64,000 nucleotides of DNA. Source: an uncultured Chloroflexota bacterium. GTDB lineage: Bacteria; Chloroflexota; UBA6077; CF-72. A program made the position numbers and the translations under genes. Shown in pieces: positions 54,161 to 63,673 of the stretch; position 1 is the first letter of the stretch; each line of letters opens with the position of its first letter. Under the pieces are notes generated by a model. The model saw only the letters and a list, made by a program, of their open reading frames with translations, was not told the origin of the DNA and searched no databases. The stretch lies in assembly GCA_964435115.1 (NCBI GenBank), contig CAYSYM010000014.1, positions 115-64,114 on the forward strand. Direction: 5' to 3'.

Positions 54161-55430
54161 CGGAGGACCTCTGGACTCGCGCTGCCTGCGGGTGCTCGTC
54201 GTCGCCCACAACGCGGTCGGGGTATCCAACCGAGCGCGAGCGGCCGCGCTGGCGCGCGCACCGGGGCTGGAGGTCACCCTGCTCACGCCGGCGTGGTGGG
54301 ACGAGGAAGGGCAACGGCTGCGAGTGACGCGGCCCGAGGGTGACGGCTACGCCTGGCACGTCGGGCGGACGCTGCTGACGGGCAACGCGACGCGCTACAT
54401 CTATGTCAGCCACCTGTTCGGGCTGGTGCGTCGCCTGCAGCCGGACGTGGTGGACGTGTTCGAGGAGCCACACAGCCTGGCGGCCGCGCAAACGGTGCTG
54501 GCGCGCGAGATCTTCGCTCCCCACGCGGCCCTGGTGTGCTACTCGGCGGTGAACCTGCACCAGGAATGGCGTCTGCCCTATCGCGTAGCCGAGCGCTATG
54601 TGCTGGGGCGCGCGGACGGCGCCTACGTCCCGAACGCTGACGTCCCGCCAGTCCTGCGGGCGAAGGGCATGCGGGCGCCCGTCGCCGAGATTCCACTCGG
54701 GGTGGACGTCGACCGCTTCGCCGGGGCGTCGCCGCTCCCCCTGGAGGCGCGCCTGGGCGGCGCGTCGCGGCCCTACGTCGGCTTCCTCGGGCGCTTGGAG
54801 CCGGTGAAGGGGGTGGACGTGCTGGTGGCGGCGGCCGGGCTGCTGCGGCAGGTGGGCACGGTCGTGCTGGCGGGAGACGGCGCGGAACGGAACGCGCTGG
54901 AGCGCCAGGTCCAGCGGGCCGGGCTGGGCGAGCGGGTGCGCTTCCTGCCTCCGCTGCCGTTCGCCGAGGTCCCGGCGTTCCTCAAGGCGCTGGACGTACT
55001 GGTCTTGCCGTCTGTCACTCTCCCACCGCTGCACAAGGAGCAGTTCGGGCGGGTACTGGCCGAGGCGATGGCGGCGGGCGTCCCCGTCGTCGGCTCCTCG
55101 TCGGGCGCCATTCCGGAGGTCGTGGACGATGCCGGGCTGGTCGTGCGTGAGCGCGACGCCCGGGCGCTGGCGGACGCGCTCGATCGTCTGGTCGCCCACC
55201 CCGCGCTGCGCGCCGAGCTGGCGGCGCGGGGTCGGCGGCGGGCGGGCGAGCGTTTCGCCTGGCCGGTCGTGGCGCGCCGGACCGTCGAGCTGTACGAGGC
55301 CGCCGTGGCAGGACGCCACAGCAGGTGGTTGGCGGCTAGCGGGCGCGGCCGCCGGAGCGCGACCGGCAGGGTTCACACAAGGAAGGGGGTAGCGGGCGGG
55401 GGCCAGGGCCGAGAGGAGGTGCGGGGTTGA
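54144..55430 (+). CDS. Glycosyltransferase family 4
   Basis: LRVLVVAHN...GVDVDRF...FLGRLEPVKGVDVLV...EQFGRVLAEAMAAGVPVVGSSSGAIPEVV. The start is uncertain (GTG 54144 overlaps asnB by 17 nt). Confidence 0.85.
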   Translation: MPSISNGGPLDSRCLRVLVVAHNAVGVSNRARAAALARAPGLEVTLLTPAWWDEEGQRLRVTRPEGDGYAWHVGRTLLTGNATRYIYVSHLFGLVRRLQPDVVDVFEEPHSLAAAQTVLAREIFAPHAALVCYSAVNLHQEWRLPYRVAERYVLGRADGAYVPNADVPPVLRAKGMRAPVAEIPLGVDVDRFAGASPLPLEARLGGASRPYVGFLGRLEPVKGVDVLVAAAGLLRQVGTVVLAGDGAERNALERQVQRAGLGERVRFLPPLPFAEVPAFLKALDVLVLPSVTLPPLHKEQFGRVLAEAMAAGVPVVGSSSGAIPEVVDDAGLVVRERDARALADALDRLVAHPALRAELAARGRRRAGERFAWPVVARRTVELYEAAVAGRHSRWLAASGRGRRSATGRVHTRKGVAGGGQGREEVRG

Positions 55431-56356
55431 GAGTTGCCGTCGTCGGCGGAGCGGGCTTCATCGGGTCGAACCTCGTGGATGCGCTGGTCGAGCGTGGCGA
55501 CGATGTGGTGGTCGTCGACAACCTCGCGACCGGCTTCCGCGAGAACGTGCCCCCCACGGCCCGGCTCGTCGAGCTGGACATCACGGAGCGGTCAGACGCG
55601 CTGAGAGATGCGCTCCAGGGGTGTGAGGTGGTCTTCCACCCGGCCGCGCTGGCGCGCGTACCGCGCTCCGTGGAGGACCCCATGGGCACGCACGAGGTGA
55701 ACGTGACCGGCACCCTCCGCGTGCTCACGGCCGCGCGCGACGCCGGCGTGCGGCGCGTGGTCTACTCCTCCTCCTCCTCCGTCTACGGGGACCAGTCCAC
55801 GCTGCCGCTCACCGAGGACATGCCGCCCAACCCGCTGAACCCCTACGCCTGCCAGAAGCTGATGGGCGAGATCTACGCGCGCAACTTCCACCGCGTCTAC
55901 GGACTCCAGACGGTCTGCCTGCGCTACTTCAACGTGTACGGGCCGCGCCAGGTCATGGAAGGCGCCTACCGCCTGGTGATCGGGATCTTCCTCGACCAGC
56001 GGAAGCAGGGCGAGCCGCTCACGGTCCACGGCGACGGCGAGCAGACACGCGACTTCACCTGGGCGGGTGATGTGGTGCGGGCCAACCTGCTCGCCGCCGA
56101 GTCGCCCAGCGTGGGCGCCGGCGAGGCGATCAACGTCGGGTCCGGGCACGAGGTCTCGATCAACCGGATCGCGGCGCTGATCGGTGGTCCGGTGGTCCAC
56201 ACCCCTCCGCGCGGCTTCGACGAACGGTTCAAACGCGCCGGGGTCGAGCGCGCGCGGGCGCTGCTAGCGTGGGAGCCGACGATGCGGGTGGAAGAGGGGA
56301 TCGGCCGCCTGCTGGACGCGGCCGGGCTGCCACGTCCGGCGGCCTCGGCCGTCTGA
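55427..56356 (+). CDS. NAD-dependent sugar-nucleotide epimerase/dehydratase (GalE/WbpP-like extended SDR)
   Basis: A TTG start (TTGA overlap) gives MRVAVVGGAGFIGSNLV. SSSSSVYG. YACQK (YxxxK). Confidence 0.85.
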   Translation: MRVAVVGGAGFIGSNLVDALVERGDDVVVVDNLATGFRENVPPTARLVELDITERSDALRDALQGCEVVFHPAALARVPRSVEDPMGTHEVNVTGTLRVLTAARDAGVRRVVYSSSSSVYGDQSTLPLTEDMPPNPLNPYACQKLMGEIYARNFHRVYGLQTVCLRYFNVYGPRQVMEGAYRLVIGIFLDQRKQGEPLTVHGDGEQTRDFTWAGDVVRANLLAAESPSVGAGEAINVGSGHEVSINRIAALIGGPVVHTPPRGFDERFKRAGVERARALLAWEPTMRVEEGIGRLLDAAGLPRPAASAV

Positions 56357-56397
56357 GCGCGGCGCGCGCCGCCGTTCCACGCACTCGCCGCGAACAC

Positions 56398-57825
56398 GTG
56401 CCGGGCACCATCCTCTACGTCGCCCACTCGTTCCCCCCGGCCAGCGGGTCGGGTGCGAACCGGGCGCTCGCCTTCGCCCGGTACCTGCCGGTGTTCGGGT
56501 GGCGCCCCGTCGTCCTCACGCCGGGCGCCGCGTGGGCGGCGAACCGCGACGACGCGCTGGCGGCTGAGATCCCGCGCGGCCTCGCCGTGGACCGCACCGG
56601 GTCGTGGGAGCCCAGACCTCCCGGGCGACCAGTCCCCGCCGGTGGGCCGACCGTGCTGGCCGGTGGGCGCGGGGTGCTTGCAGAGCCGCAATGGGCTTCG
56701 TGTGCCGTCTTGAGGGGGCTCAGCACGTGGGCCGAGGAGTGGCATGGGTTCGCGCCGATGCGGTCGACGGGCTTCGCCGGCCTCAAGAGCCACGCCGCGC
56801 ACGCCCGCCGCTTCCCGGACGCGCATCTCGGCTGGCTGCCGTTCGCCGTGCGGGCGGGGCTGCGCGCGGTTCGGGAGCACCGCGCCGCCGTGCTCTACTC
56901 GACCGCGGGCCCGTTCACCTGCCACCTGGTCGGCCTGGCCTTGCACCGGGCGACCGGGCGGCCGTGGGTGGCCGAGCTGCGCGATGGCTGGTACCGCTGG
57001 AACCAGGCTATCTTTCCCGACTACCCGTTCTGGCGGCACTGGATCGAGGGTCCGCTGGAGCGAGCCGTCGTGGAGAGCGCCGACCGCGTGGTCCTGGTGA
57101 CCGACCAGATGGCGGAGGCGTTCCGGGCGCAGTACCGGCACCTGCCCGCGGCGCACTTCCAGACGATCCCGAATGGGTTCGACCCGAGCCAGTACGCCAG
57201 CCCGGGTGGCGCGCCTGCCCTGGAGGCGGCATTCGAGGTTCTGCACGCGGGCGCGCTGTACCGCGGACGCAGCATCGGGGCGTTCCTGGAAGCCGCAGGC
57301 CGGCTCGCCGCGGGTAACGTGGAGTTCGCCCGCCAGTTCCGGCTGCGCCTGGTCGGCAGCCTGGACGAGGGCACCCGGGCGGAGGTCGCCCGGCAGGTCG
57401 AGCGCCACGGGCTCGGCAGCCACGTCGCCTACTTCGGCTACCTGACGCACCGGGCGACGCTGGCAGCGCTGCGGAGCGCGAGCCTGCTCCTGCTCGTCGT
57501 GAACACGACCCCGGGGGCTGAGGCGACGGTGCCCGGCAAGCTGTTCGAGTACCTGGCCGCACGGCGGCCGATCCTGGCCATCGCTCCGCCGGGCGCCGAG
57601 GCGGCGGAGATCATCCGGCGCACGCGGGCCGGCTGGGTGGCGCCGGCGCACGACCCGGCGGGCATCCTCGATCGGCTGCGGGCGGCGTTCGACGCCCACC
57701 GGCAACGGACCGTGTTCGCGCCGCGGGGCGAGGAGGTGGCCCGCTACGACCGTCGCCGTCTCGCGTGCGACCTCGCCAGGCTGCTGGACGACGTCCAGGC
57801 CGAAGCCGGGCCGAGCGATCCATGA
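56398..57825 (+). CDS. Glycosyltransferase, GT-B (family 4-like)
   Basis: The GTG at 56398 gives VPGTILYVAHSFPPASGSGANRALAFARYL. C-terminus GKLFEYLAARRPILAIAPPGAEAAEII. Confidence 0.78.
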   Translation: MPGTILYVAHSFPPASGSGANRALAFARYLPVFGWRPVVLTPGAAWAANRDDALAAEIPRGLAVDRTGSWEPRPPGRPVPAGGPTVLAGGRGVLAEPQWASCAVLRGLSTWAEEWHGFAPMRSTGFAGLKSHAAHARRFPDAHLGWLPFAVRAGLRAVREHRAAVLYSTAGPFTCHLVGLALHRATGRPWVAELRDGWYRWNQAIFPDYPFWRHWIEGPLERAVVESADRVVLVTDQMAEAFRAQYRHLPAAHFQTIPNGFDPSQYASPGGAPALEAAFEVLHAGALYRGRSIGAFLEAAGRLAAGNVEFARQFRLRLVGSLDEGTRAEVARQVERHGLGSHVAYFGYLTHRATLAALRSASLLLLVVNTTPGAEATVPGKLFEYLAARRPILAIAPPGAEAAEIIRRTRAGWVAPAHDPAGILDRLRAAFDAHRQRTVFAPRGEEVARYDRRRLACDLARLLDDVQAEAGPSDP

Positions 57826-58946
57826 GCGCCCACGGCCGGCTCCGGGTCGGCTTCGACGGCCGCGACCTGCTGCGCAAGCGGACGGGGGTGGTGAACTACG
57901 CCGTCCAGCTCGCGCGGCACCTGGCCTGCCGCGGGGATGCCGAGCTTGTCGTCTACGCCGACGCGTTCGACGACCCGGCCGCTCGGCCGCCGGACGGGGT
58001 GCCGCTGCACCGGCTGGCCGCGCCGCCGGTGGTGTGGAAGCACCTGGCCCTCCCGCTGGCGCTGCTACGCGACCGGGTCCACCTGTTCCATTCCCCCACC
58101 GGCACGCTGCCGCTCTGGAGCCCGACCAGGCAGGTGGTGACGATCCACGACCTGTTCGCCGAGATCGAGCCTGGCTGGTTCCCGCCGCGGGTGGCGCTCC
58201 AGCTCCGGCAAGCCCAGCGCCGGGCAGCTCGCGTTGCGCGGGTGGCCATCGCGGTCTCGGAACGCACCCGCCTGGACGTCGTGGAGCGGTACGGGGTCGC
58301 CCCGGAGCGGGTGGTCGTGGTCCACAATGGCGTGGACCACGCTCGGTTCCGGCCCAGCGTGGACGCCGCGCGCCTCGAGGCAGTCGTGGCCCGCTACGGG
58401 CTCGTTCGGCCGTTCATCCTGTGCGTCGGCTCGCTCATGCCGTGGCGCAACGCGCCGCGCCTCCTGGGCGCCGTGGCAGCGCTCCGCCAGCGCCGCGGAT
58501 TGCCGCACCAGCTCCTCTTCGTCGGGCGCGACATCTGGGGGAGCGACCCCACAGCCGCGATCGCACGGGAGCGCGGATGGGGCGACTGGGCGCGCTTCGC
58601 CGGCTACCTGGACGACGCCGACCTGCCAGCGCTGTACGCCGCCGCCGACGTGTTCGCCTACCCGTCGCTCTACGAAGGGTTCGGCATTCCGCCCGTGGAA
58701 GCGATGGCTTGCGGGACGCCGGTCGTCGCCTCGATGGCCGGCGCGCTCCCCGAGATCCTCGGAGATGCGGCGATCCTGGTCGACCCGTTGGATGAAGCCG
58801 CCCTGGCCGAGGCGCTCTTCGCCGCGGCGGGGGACGCGCGCCTGCGCGCCGCGCTCCGCGAGCGCGGGCTGGCGCGCGCCGCGCGCTATCGCTGGGAGCG
58901 CAGCGCGGAAGAGACCCTCCGCGTGTACGCGACGGTGGCTGGGTGA
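57822..58946 (+). CDS. Glycosyltransferase family 4
   Basis: ATGA overlap. [20 protein letters not shown]...[10 protein letters not shown]...[24 protein letters not shown]. Confidence 0.88.
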   Translation: MSAHGRLRVGFDGRDLLRKRTGVVNYAVQLARHLACRGDAELVVYADAFDDPAARPPDGVPLHRLAAPPVVWKHLALPLALLRDRVHLFHSPTGTLPLWSPTRQVVTIHDLFAEIEPGWFPPRVALQLRQAQRRAARVARVAIAVSERTRLDVVERYGVAPERVVVVHNGVDHARFRPSVDAARLEAVVARYGLVRPFILCVGSLMPWRNAPRLLGAVAALRQRRGLPHQLLFVGRDIWGSDPTAAIARERGWGDWARFAGYLDDADLPALYAAADVFAYPSLYEGFGIPPVEAMACGTPVVASMAGALPEILGDAAILVDPLDEAALAEALFAAAGDARLRAALRERGLARAARYRWERSAEETLRVYATVAG

Positions 58947-60040
58947 AGGCGCTCTTCTACCTGCTCGACGGCGACACGAATGCCAGTAGCTACCGCCGCG
59001 CGCTGCAGTTCTTCCCGCGCTTGCGCGACTACGACATCGACGCGTCGGCGAGCCGCCCGGTGCCCCAGCCGGTCTACGAGCGGCTCGTCGAGCGTGGCCG
59101 GGCCGGGCCGCCTGGCAAGCTGGCCTTCTACGGCCTCTTCCTCGCCTCGCGCCTGGTCGACGTGCTCCGCGCCGGCCGGTACGACGTGGTGGTGGTCCAG
59201 CGCGACCTCTTCCCGTTCGGCCCGCCGGTCCTGGAGCGCCTGCTCCGCCGGCTGAACCCGCGGCTCGTGTTCGACACCGATGACGCCGTCTACCTGCGCC
59301 CCTCGTTCACGCCGGACACCGTCTTCCAGCGGCTGCGGCGGTTCGACAAGGTGGAAGAGGTGGTGCGCCACGCCCGGTGGGTGACTGTCGCGACGCAGCC
59401 CATCGCTGCCTGGGCGCGACGGTTCAGCGCCCACGTCACCGTGCTGCCGATGTCACTCGACCCAGCCCCCTATGAGGCCGCCCGACGCGCAGCGGCGTCG
59501 CCCGGCGCGGGCTCGCCCGTCGTCATCGGCTGGACGGGCACAGCCGGCAGCGTGCAGTACCTCGAGGCGCTCGCCCCGGTCCTGCGCGACCTGGCACAGC
59601 GGTTGCCCGTCCTCGTCCGCGCGGTCTCCGGCGCCTCGGCAAACGTCCGGCTGCCGGGCGTGCCGCTCGACGCCCGCCCCTGGCGGCCCGGCACCTCCCT
59701 GCAGGACCTCGCCTCCTTCGATCTCGGCCTCGTGCCCCTCCGCGACGAGCCGTTCGAGCGCCAGAAGTTCCCGTTCAAGATGCTCGAGTACCTGGCGCTC
59801 GGCGTGCCGGCGGTCTGCTCCCGTCTCGGGTCGGTGGCCGACGTCATCACGGACGGCGAGAACGGCCTCCTGGCTGCCTCCGCCGAGGAGTGGCGGCAGC
59901 AGCTCGAGTGGCTCGTTGGCGACGCCAAGGCACGCCGCCGCCTGGGCGAGGCCGGCCGGCAGACGCTCTACGCGCGCTACACGCTGGATCACACGGCGCC
60001 GGCCCTCGCCGACGTGCTGCGCCGGGTGGCCGCCGAGTAG
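58943..60040 (+). CDS. Glycosyltransferase, GT-B (family 1/4-like)
   Basis: GTGA overlap. ...VVIGWTGTAGSVQYLE...FERQKFPFKMLEYLALGVPAVCSRLGSVADVITDGENGLL. Confidence 0.8.
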   Translation: MKALFYLLDGDTNASSYRRALQFFPRLRDYDIDASASRPVPQPVYERLVERGRAGPPGKLAFYGLFLASRLVDVLRAGRYDVVVVQRDLFPFGPPVLERLLRRLNPRLVFDTDDAVYLRPSFTPDTVFQRLRRFDKVEEVVRHARWVTVATQPIAAWARRFSAHVTVLPMSLDPAPYEAARRAAASPGAGSPVVIGWTGTAGSVQYLEALAPVLRDLAQRLPVLVRAVSGASANVRLPGVPLDARPWRPGTSLQDLASFDLGLVPLRDEPFERQKFPFKMLEYLALGVPAVCSRLGSVADVITDGENGLLAASAEEWRQQLEWLVGDAKARRRLGEAGRQTLYARYTLDHTAPALADVLRRVAAE

Positions 60041-60117
60041 TTCCGGCAGGCCTCACGGATCCGCCGGGGCGCACGATGGCGGCGCTGCTGTCGCCTGGCA
60101 GACGAGGCGCGCCGCGC

Positions 60118-61467
60118 TCAGCCCACCGCGACGCGGCGCTCGACTGGCTGGCCCGGCACCCAGACGTTGACGACGTTCGGCCGTGTAGTGGGCTCCAGCC
60201 CAGAGCGCGTGTCGATGACGAGCGGCGCGTCCCGCAGGATCAGCTCGTAGTCGACGGACGAGTGGGGCGTCAGCAGCAGCACCGCGTCCGCGCTCTCTAC
60301 CTCCGCCGTCGTCAGCGCCACCGATCGGGCGGTCTCCCCGAGCAGGGTGAGCGACGGGATGAGCGGGTCATGGTAGGCGGCGCGTGCGCCGCGGGCCAGC
60401 GCCTCTTCCATCACCCGGATGGCGGCCGACTCGCGGATGTCAGCGATGTCGGGCTTGTAGGTGATCCCGACGACGAGGATGGTGGCGCCGACGAGCGGCC
60501 TGCCCCGCGCTTCGAGCTCGCCTTCGAGCTTGTCCAGGATCAGGCCTGGCATCAGGCCGTTGACCCGGGTCGCCGCCTGGATCAGCTCCGTGCGCAAGCC
60601 GAGCTCGCGCGCGGCGGCCTGCAGGTAGAGCGGGACCACCGGGATGCAGTGGCCGCCAACGCCAGCGCTAGGGTAGTGCGGCATGAACGCGAAGGGCTTG
60701 CTCTTCGCCGCCTCGATCACTTCCCACACGTTCACGCCCAGCCTGTCGCACAGCAGGGCCATCTCGTTCACAAAGCTGATGTTGATGAACCGGAAGGTGT
60801 TCTCGACGAGCTTCGCCATCTCGGCTACCTCCGGGCTGCTGACCGGGATGACCGTGTCGATGAATGTCTCGTAAAAGCGGCAGCCGAGATGGGTGGCGTC
60901 TTCGGTAAGCCCGCCGACGAGCTTAGGCGTGTTCTTCACGCCGTAGCGCGTGTTGCCCGGGTCAATGCGCTCCGGTGCGAACGCCAGGTAGAAGTCCTGC
61001 GTCGCGCGCAGCCCACTGGCGCGCGCGAGCGCCAGCTCCAGCAGGCCGCGCGTCGTGCCCGGCGCGCAGGTGCTCTGGAGGACCACCAGCATGCCCGCGT
61101 GCAGGTGCCCGCCGATCGTCGCGCCCGCTGAGGCCACGAAGCGCATGTCGGGCTCGCCCTCCGGCGTGAGCGGGGTGGGCACGCAGATGATGGCGATGTC
61201 GGCGCTCGCGAGCACCCGGGAGTCGCCGTCGGCCCGCAGCCGTCTCGCGTCGCGCAGCGAGCGGACCTCCTCGTCCAGCACGTTCGACACGGGGCTGCGG
61301 CCCTGGTTCACCGCGTTGACCTTGCTCGGATCGACGTCGTAGCCGATCACAGGGAACCCTGCGCGGGCGATCTCGACCGCCATCGGGAGGCCGGCGTACC
61401 CGAGTCCGACGATGACCACCACGGCCGTCCGCTCGCGGACCTTCCGCTCAAACTCGCTGGCGTTCAC
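60118..61467 (-). CDS. Nucleotide-sugar 6-dehydrogenase, UDP-N-acetylhexosamine subfamily (WecC/WbpA/Cap5O-like)
   Basis: VVIVGLGYAGLPMA NAD-binding site. GVGGHCIPVVP catalytic Cys motif, characteristic of the UDP-HexNAc dehydrogenase branch. Confidence 0.88.
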   Translation of the reverse strand: MNASEFERKVRERTAVVVIVGLGYAGLPMAVEIARAGFPVIGYDVDPSKVNAVNQGRSPVSNVLDEEVRSLRDARRLRADGDSRVLASADIAIICVPTPLTPEGEPDMRFVASAGATIGGHLHAGMLVVLQSTCAPGTTRGLLELALARASGLRATQDFYLAFAPERIDPGNTRYGVKNTPKLVGGLTEDATHLGCRFYETFIDTVIPVSSPEVAEMAKLVENTFRFINISFVNEMALLCDRLGVNVWEVIEAAKSKPFAFMPHYPSAGVGGHCIPVVPLYLQAAARELGLRTELIQAATRVNGLMPGLILDKLEGELEARGRPLVGATILVVGITYKPDIADIRESAAIRVMEEALARGARAAYHDPLIPSLTLLGETARSVALTTAEVESADAVLLLTPHSSVDYELILRDAPLVIDTRSGLEPTTRPNVVNVWVPGQPVERRVAVG

Positions 61468-61701
61468 TCAGCGCTCTCCTTCGCGCGTGTAACAGGGCGG
61501 TGGCGCACTCGTTCGCTTGCTCGGTGGGCAAGCCTCTCCCTGCCGCGGTAGGGCACCCGAAACGCCCGCTCGCCCCGTCCCGCGCCCGTTCGGAGGGCCG
61601 GATGTTGCGTCAGGCGTGCCGCGCGGCATTCTGGCAAGCGATCTCGGGCACCGTCAAGACCAGCAACGGCCGACCCGGCGGCCTGTCACACCGGTCCGCG
61701 A

Positions 61702-61730
61702 TTGACCGGCGCTGCCCAACGCCATAGCAT
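61702..61730 (+). promoter_or_regulatory. Sigma-70-like promoter (TTGACC-N17-TAGCAT) upstream of the initiating transferase gene
   Basis: TTGACC at 61702-61707 and TAGCAT at 61725-61730. The GTG start at 61746 is 15 nt past the -10 and has no SD. This site shares the CGCCATAG core with the 16399 promoter. Confidence 0.35.
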
Positions 61731-61745
61731 GCAGAAGCTGCCGAC

Positions 61746-63653
61746 GTGCTCAGAGTCACTTCCGTAGATCCACCGCCGCTGGGCCTCGTCCTCGGCGTCA
61801 CGTTCGGGCTGTCAGCACTGTTGACGCTCCTCGTCGCGCGTTGGGCAGCCGCGCGCGGCATCGTCGCGAAACCGCGCCAGGACCGCTGGCACACGCAGCC
61901 GACGCCGCTCCTGGGCGGCGTGGCTATCTACGCGACCACCACCCTGGCTGCGCTCGCGTTTGCGCCGCTCGACCTGCGACTGCTCGGCCTCCTCGCGGGT
62001 GGCACCGCGCTCTTCGCGACCGGGCTCGTCGACGACGTGCGCCGCCTCCGGCCGCAGACGAAGCTGGTGGTCCAGATCCTGGCGGCGAGCGGCCTGGTCC
62101 TCGCCGGCGTGCGCATCGAGACGAGCATCCTGGCCCTGATGGCCATTCCGCTGACGATCGTCTGGATCGTGGGCATCACCAATGCCTTCAACCTACTGGA
62201 CAACATGGATGGACTCTCGGCGGGCACGGCGGCCATCGCGTCGTTCTTCCTGCTGGGCTTCAGCCTCTCCGTGGGGAACCTGACCACCGCAGTGCTCAGC
62301 CTCGCCCTGGCGGGTAGCGCGCTGGGGTTCCTGGTCTACAACTTCCACCCGGCGCGCGTCTTCATGGGCGATTCGGGCAGCATGTTCCTCGGCTTCATGC
62401 TGAGCGGGGTGGCGCTGCTGGGGACGCGCGAGATGGCTTCGGACGTCTTCTTCGTGCTCCTCGTTCCGGCCACGATGATGGGGCTGCCGATCTTCGACAC
62501 CACGCTCGTCTCGATCATGCGGACCGTCGAGGGCCGGCCGCTCTCGCAGGGGGGACGCGACCACCTCAGCCACCGGCTGGTGGCGCTGGGTCTGAGCGAG
62601 CGACAGGCCGTCCTGCTGCTGTACCTGCTAGCCGCCGGCTTCGGCAGCCTGGGGCTACTCGCCCGTTCGGTAGGTGTCTGGGCCAGTCTGGCAGCCGGCG
62701 GCGTCCTCCTCGCGGCAGTCATTCTCTTCGGCGCGTACCTGGCCCAGGTGCGCATCTACCGACCGGCACAGTTCGCCAAGGCGGAGCGCACCGCCAGCCT
62801 CGCGGACCGGCCAGTCATTAACGGCATGCTCATGTTCAAGCGCGAGCTGGGGCTCGTCAGCCTGGACTTCGTCTTCGTCTGGGTCGCCTACCTCGGCGCG
62901 TTCCTGCTGCGATTCGGCGCGCAGAACGCCACCGTTCCGCCGGCGGTGGGGGAGCTGCCACCCCTCCCGGACCTCTTCTCGCAGACGCTACCGTACGTTG
63001 TCGTGGTCCAGCTCGGAATGCTGTTCGTGTTTCAGGCCTACCGCGGCATGTGGCGTTACATGGGTGTGGCCGACCTGCTCGCCCTGGTGAAGGGGACGAG
63101 CGCGGGCACGCTGCTGCTCCTGGCGCTGCTCCCGGCTGTGCTCCCCCGGCTGGCCGTGCCCCCGCGGTCGGTGCTCGTCATCGACTGGCTGCTGGTGACC
63201 GCGCTGCTGGTGGGCTCTCGCGTGTCGTTCGCGGCGCTCACCGATACCTTCGCCCGGCTGCAGCGGCAGCGCGTGCCGGGCATCCTGATCGTCGGCGCCG
63301 GGGATCTCGGCGAGCTGGTGCTCCGCTCGGTCCTGCGATCGCGCCCAGCGGCCTACCAGGCCGTTGGGTTCCTCGACCCTGACCCGGCGAAGCGGAACCG
63401 CTCGATCCACGGCGTGCGCGTGCTGGGGACGATCGACGACCTGGACGAGGTGGTGGCCGAGCACGATGTCGACCTCGTCGTCCTGGCGTTGACCCATGCC
63501 GCCGAGGCGGTAGTGCAGGACGCGAAGCGCCAGTGCGAAGAGCTAGGCCTCCCCTGCTACCAGGCGGCCGCGTTCGTGGAGATGCACTTCGCCGGGTCGC
63601 TGCCTGCAGCACCCCCACCCGACGTGCCGGCCGCGCCAGGGTCGCCAAACTGA
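61746..63653 (+). CDS. MraY/WecA-family polyprenyl-phosphate HexNAc-1-phosphate transferase fused to a 4-TM plus CoA_binding_3-like Rossmann module
   Basis: aa 1-340: ...LLGGVAIY...VDDV...ITNAFNLLDNMDGL...FHPARVFMGDSGSMFLGF (Glycos_transf_4). aa 360-635: four TM segments, then ILIVGAGDLGELVLRSV...AVGFLDPDPAKRNRSIHGVRVLGTIDDLDEVVAEHDVDLVVLAL, as in the N-terminal module of WbaP/PglF/CapD. Confidence 0.85.
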   Translation: MLRVTSVDPPPLGLVLGVTFGLSALLTLLVARWAAARGIVAKPRQDRWHTQPTPLLGGVAIYATTTLAALAFAPLDLRLLGLLAGGTALFATGLVDDVRRLRPQTKLVVQILAASGLVLAGVRIETSILALMAIPLTIVWIVGITNAFNLLDNMDGLSAGTAAIASFFLLGFSLSVGNLTTAVLSLALAGSALGFLVYNFHPARVFMGDSGSMFLGFMLSGVALLGTREMASDVFFVLLVPATMMGLPIFDTTLVSIMRTVEGRPLSQGGRDHLSHRLVALGLSERQAVLLLYLLAAGFGSLGLLARSVGVWASLAAGGVLLAAVILFGAYLAQVRIYRPAQFAKAERTASLADRPVINGMLMFKRELGLVSLDFVFVWVAYLGAFLLRFGAQNATVPPAVGELPPLPDLFSQTLPYVVVVQLGMLFVFQAYRGMWRYMGVADLLALVKGTSAGTLLLLALLPAVLPRLAVPPRSVLVIDWLLVTALLVGSRVSFAALTDTFARLQRQRVPGILIVGAGDLGELVLRSVLRSRPAAYQAVGFLDPDPAKRNRSIHGVRVLGTIDDLDEVVAEHDVDLVVLALTHAAEAVVQDAKRQCEELGLPCYQAAAFVEMHFAGSLPAAPPPDVPAAPGSPN

Positions 63654-63673
63654 GCCTGCGTCCCTCCCCCGGC

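Noticed and set aside
50303-57705. Minus-strand ORFs 50303..52054, 52130..53377, 54108..55376 and 55966..57705
   Set aside because: All are antisense to motif-bearing plus-strand genes (heparinase-like, asnB, GT4, epimerase, GT4). Their translations are Arg/Gly/Pro/Asp-rich low-complexity sequence.
59890-61131. 413-aa plus-strand ORF overlapping the nucleotide-sugar dehydrogenase
   Set aside because: It is an antisense shadow. The minus strand carries the NAD-binding and GGHC catalytic motifs.
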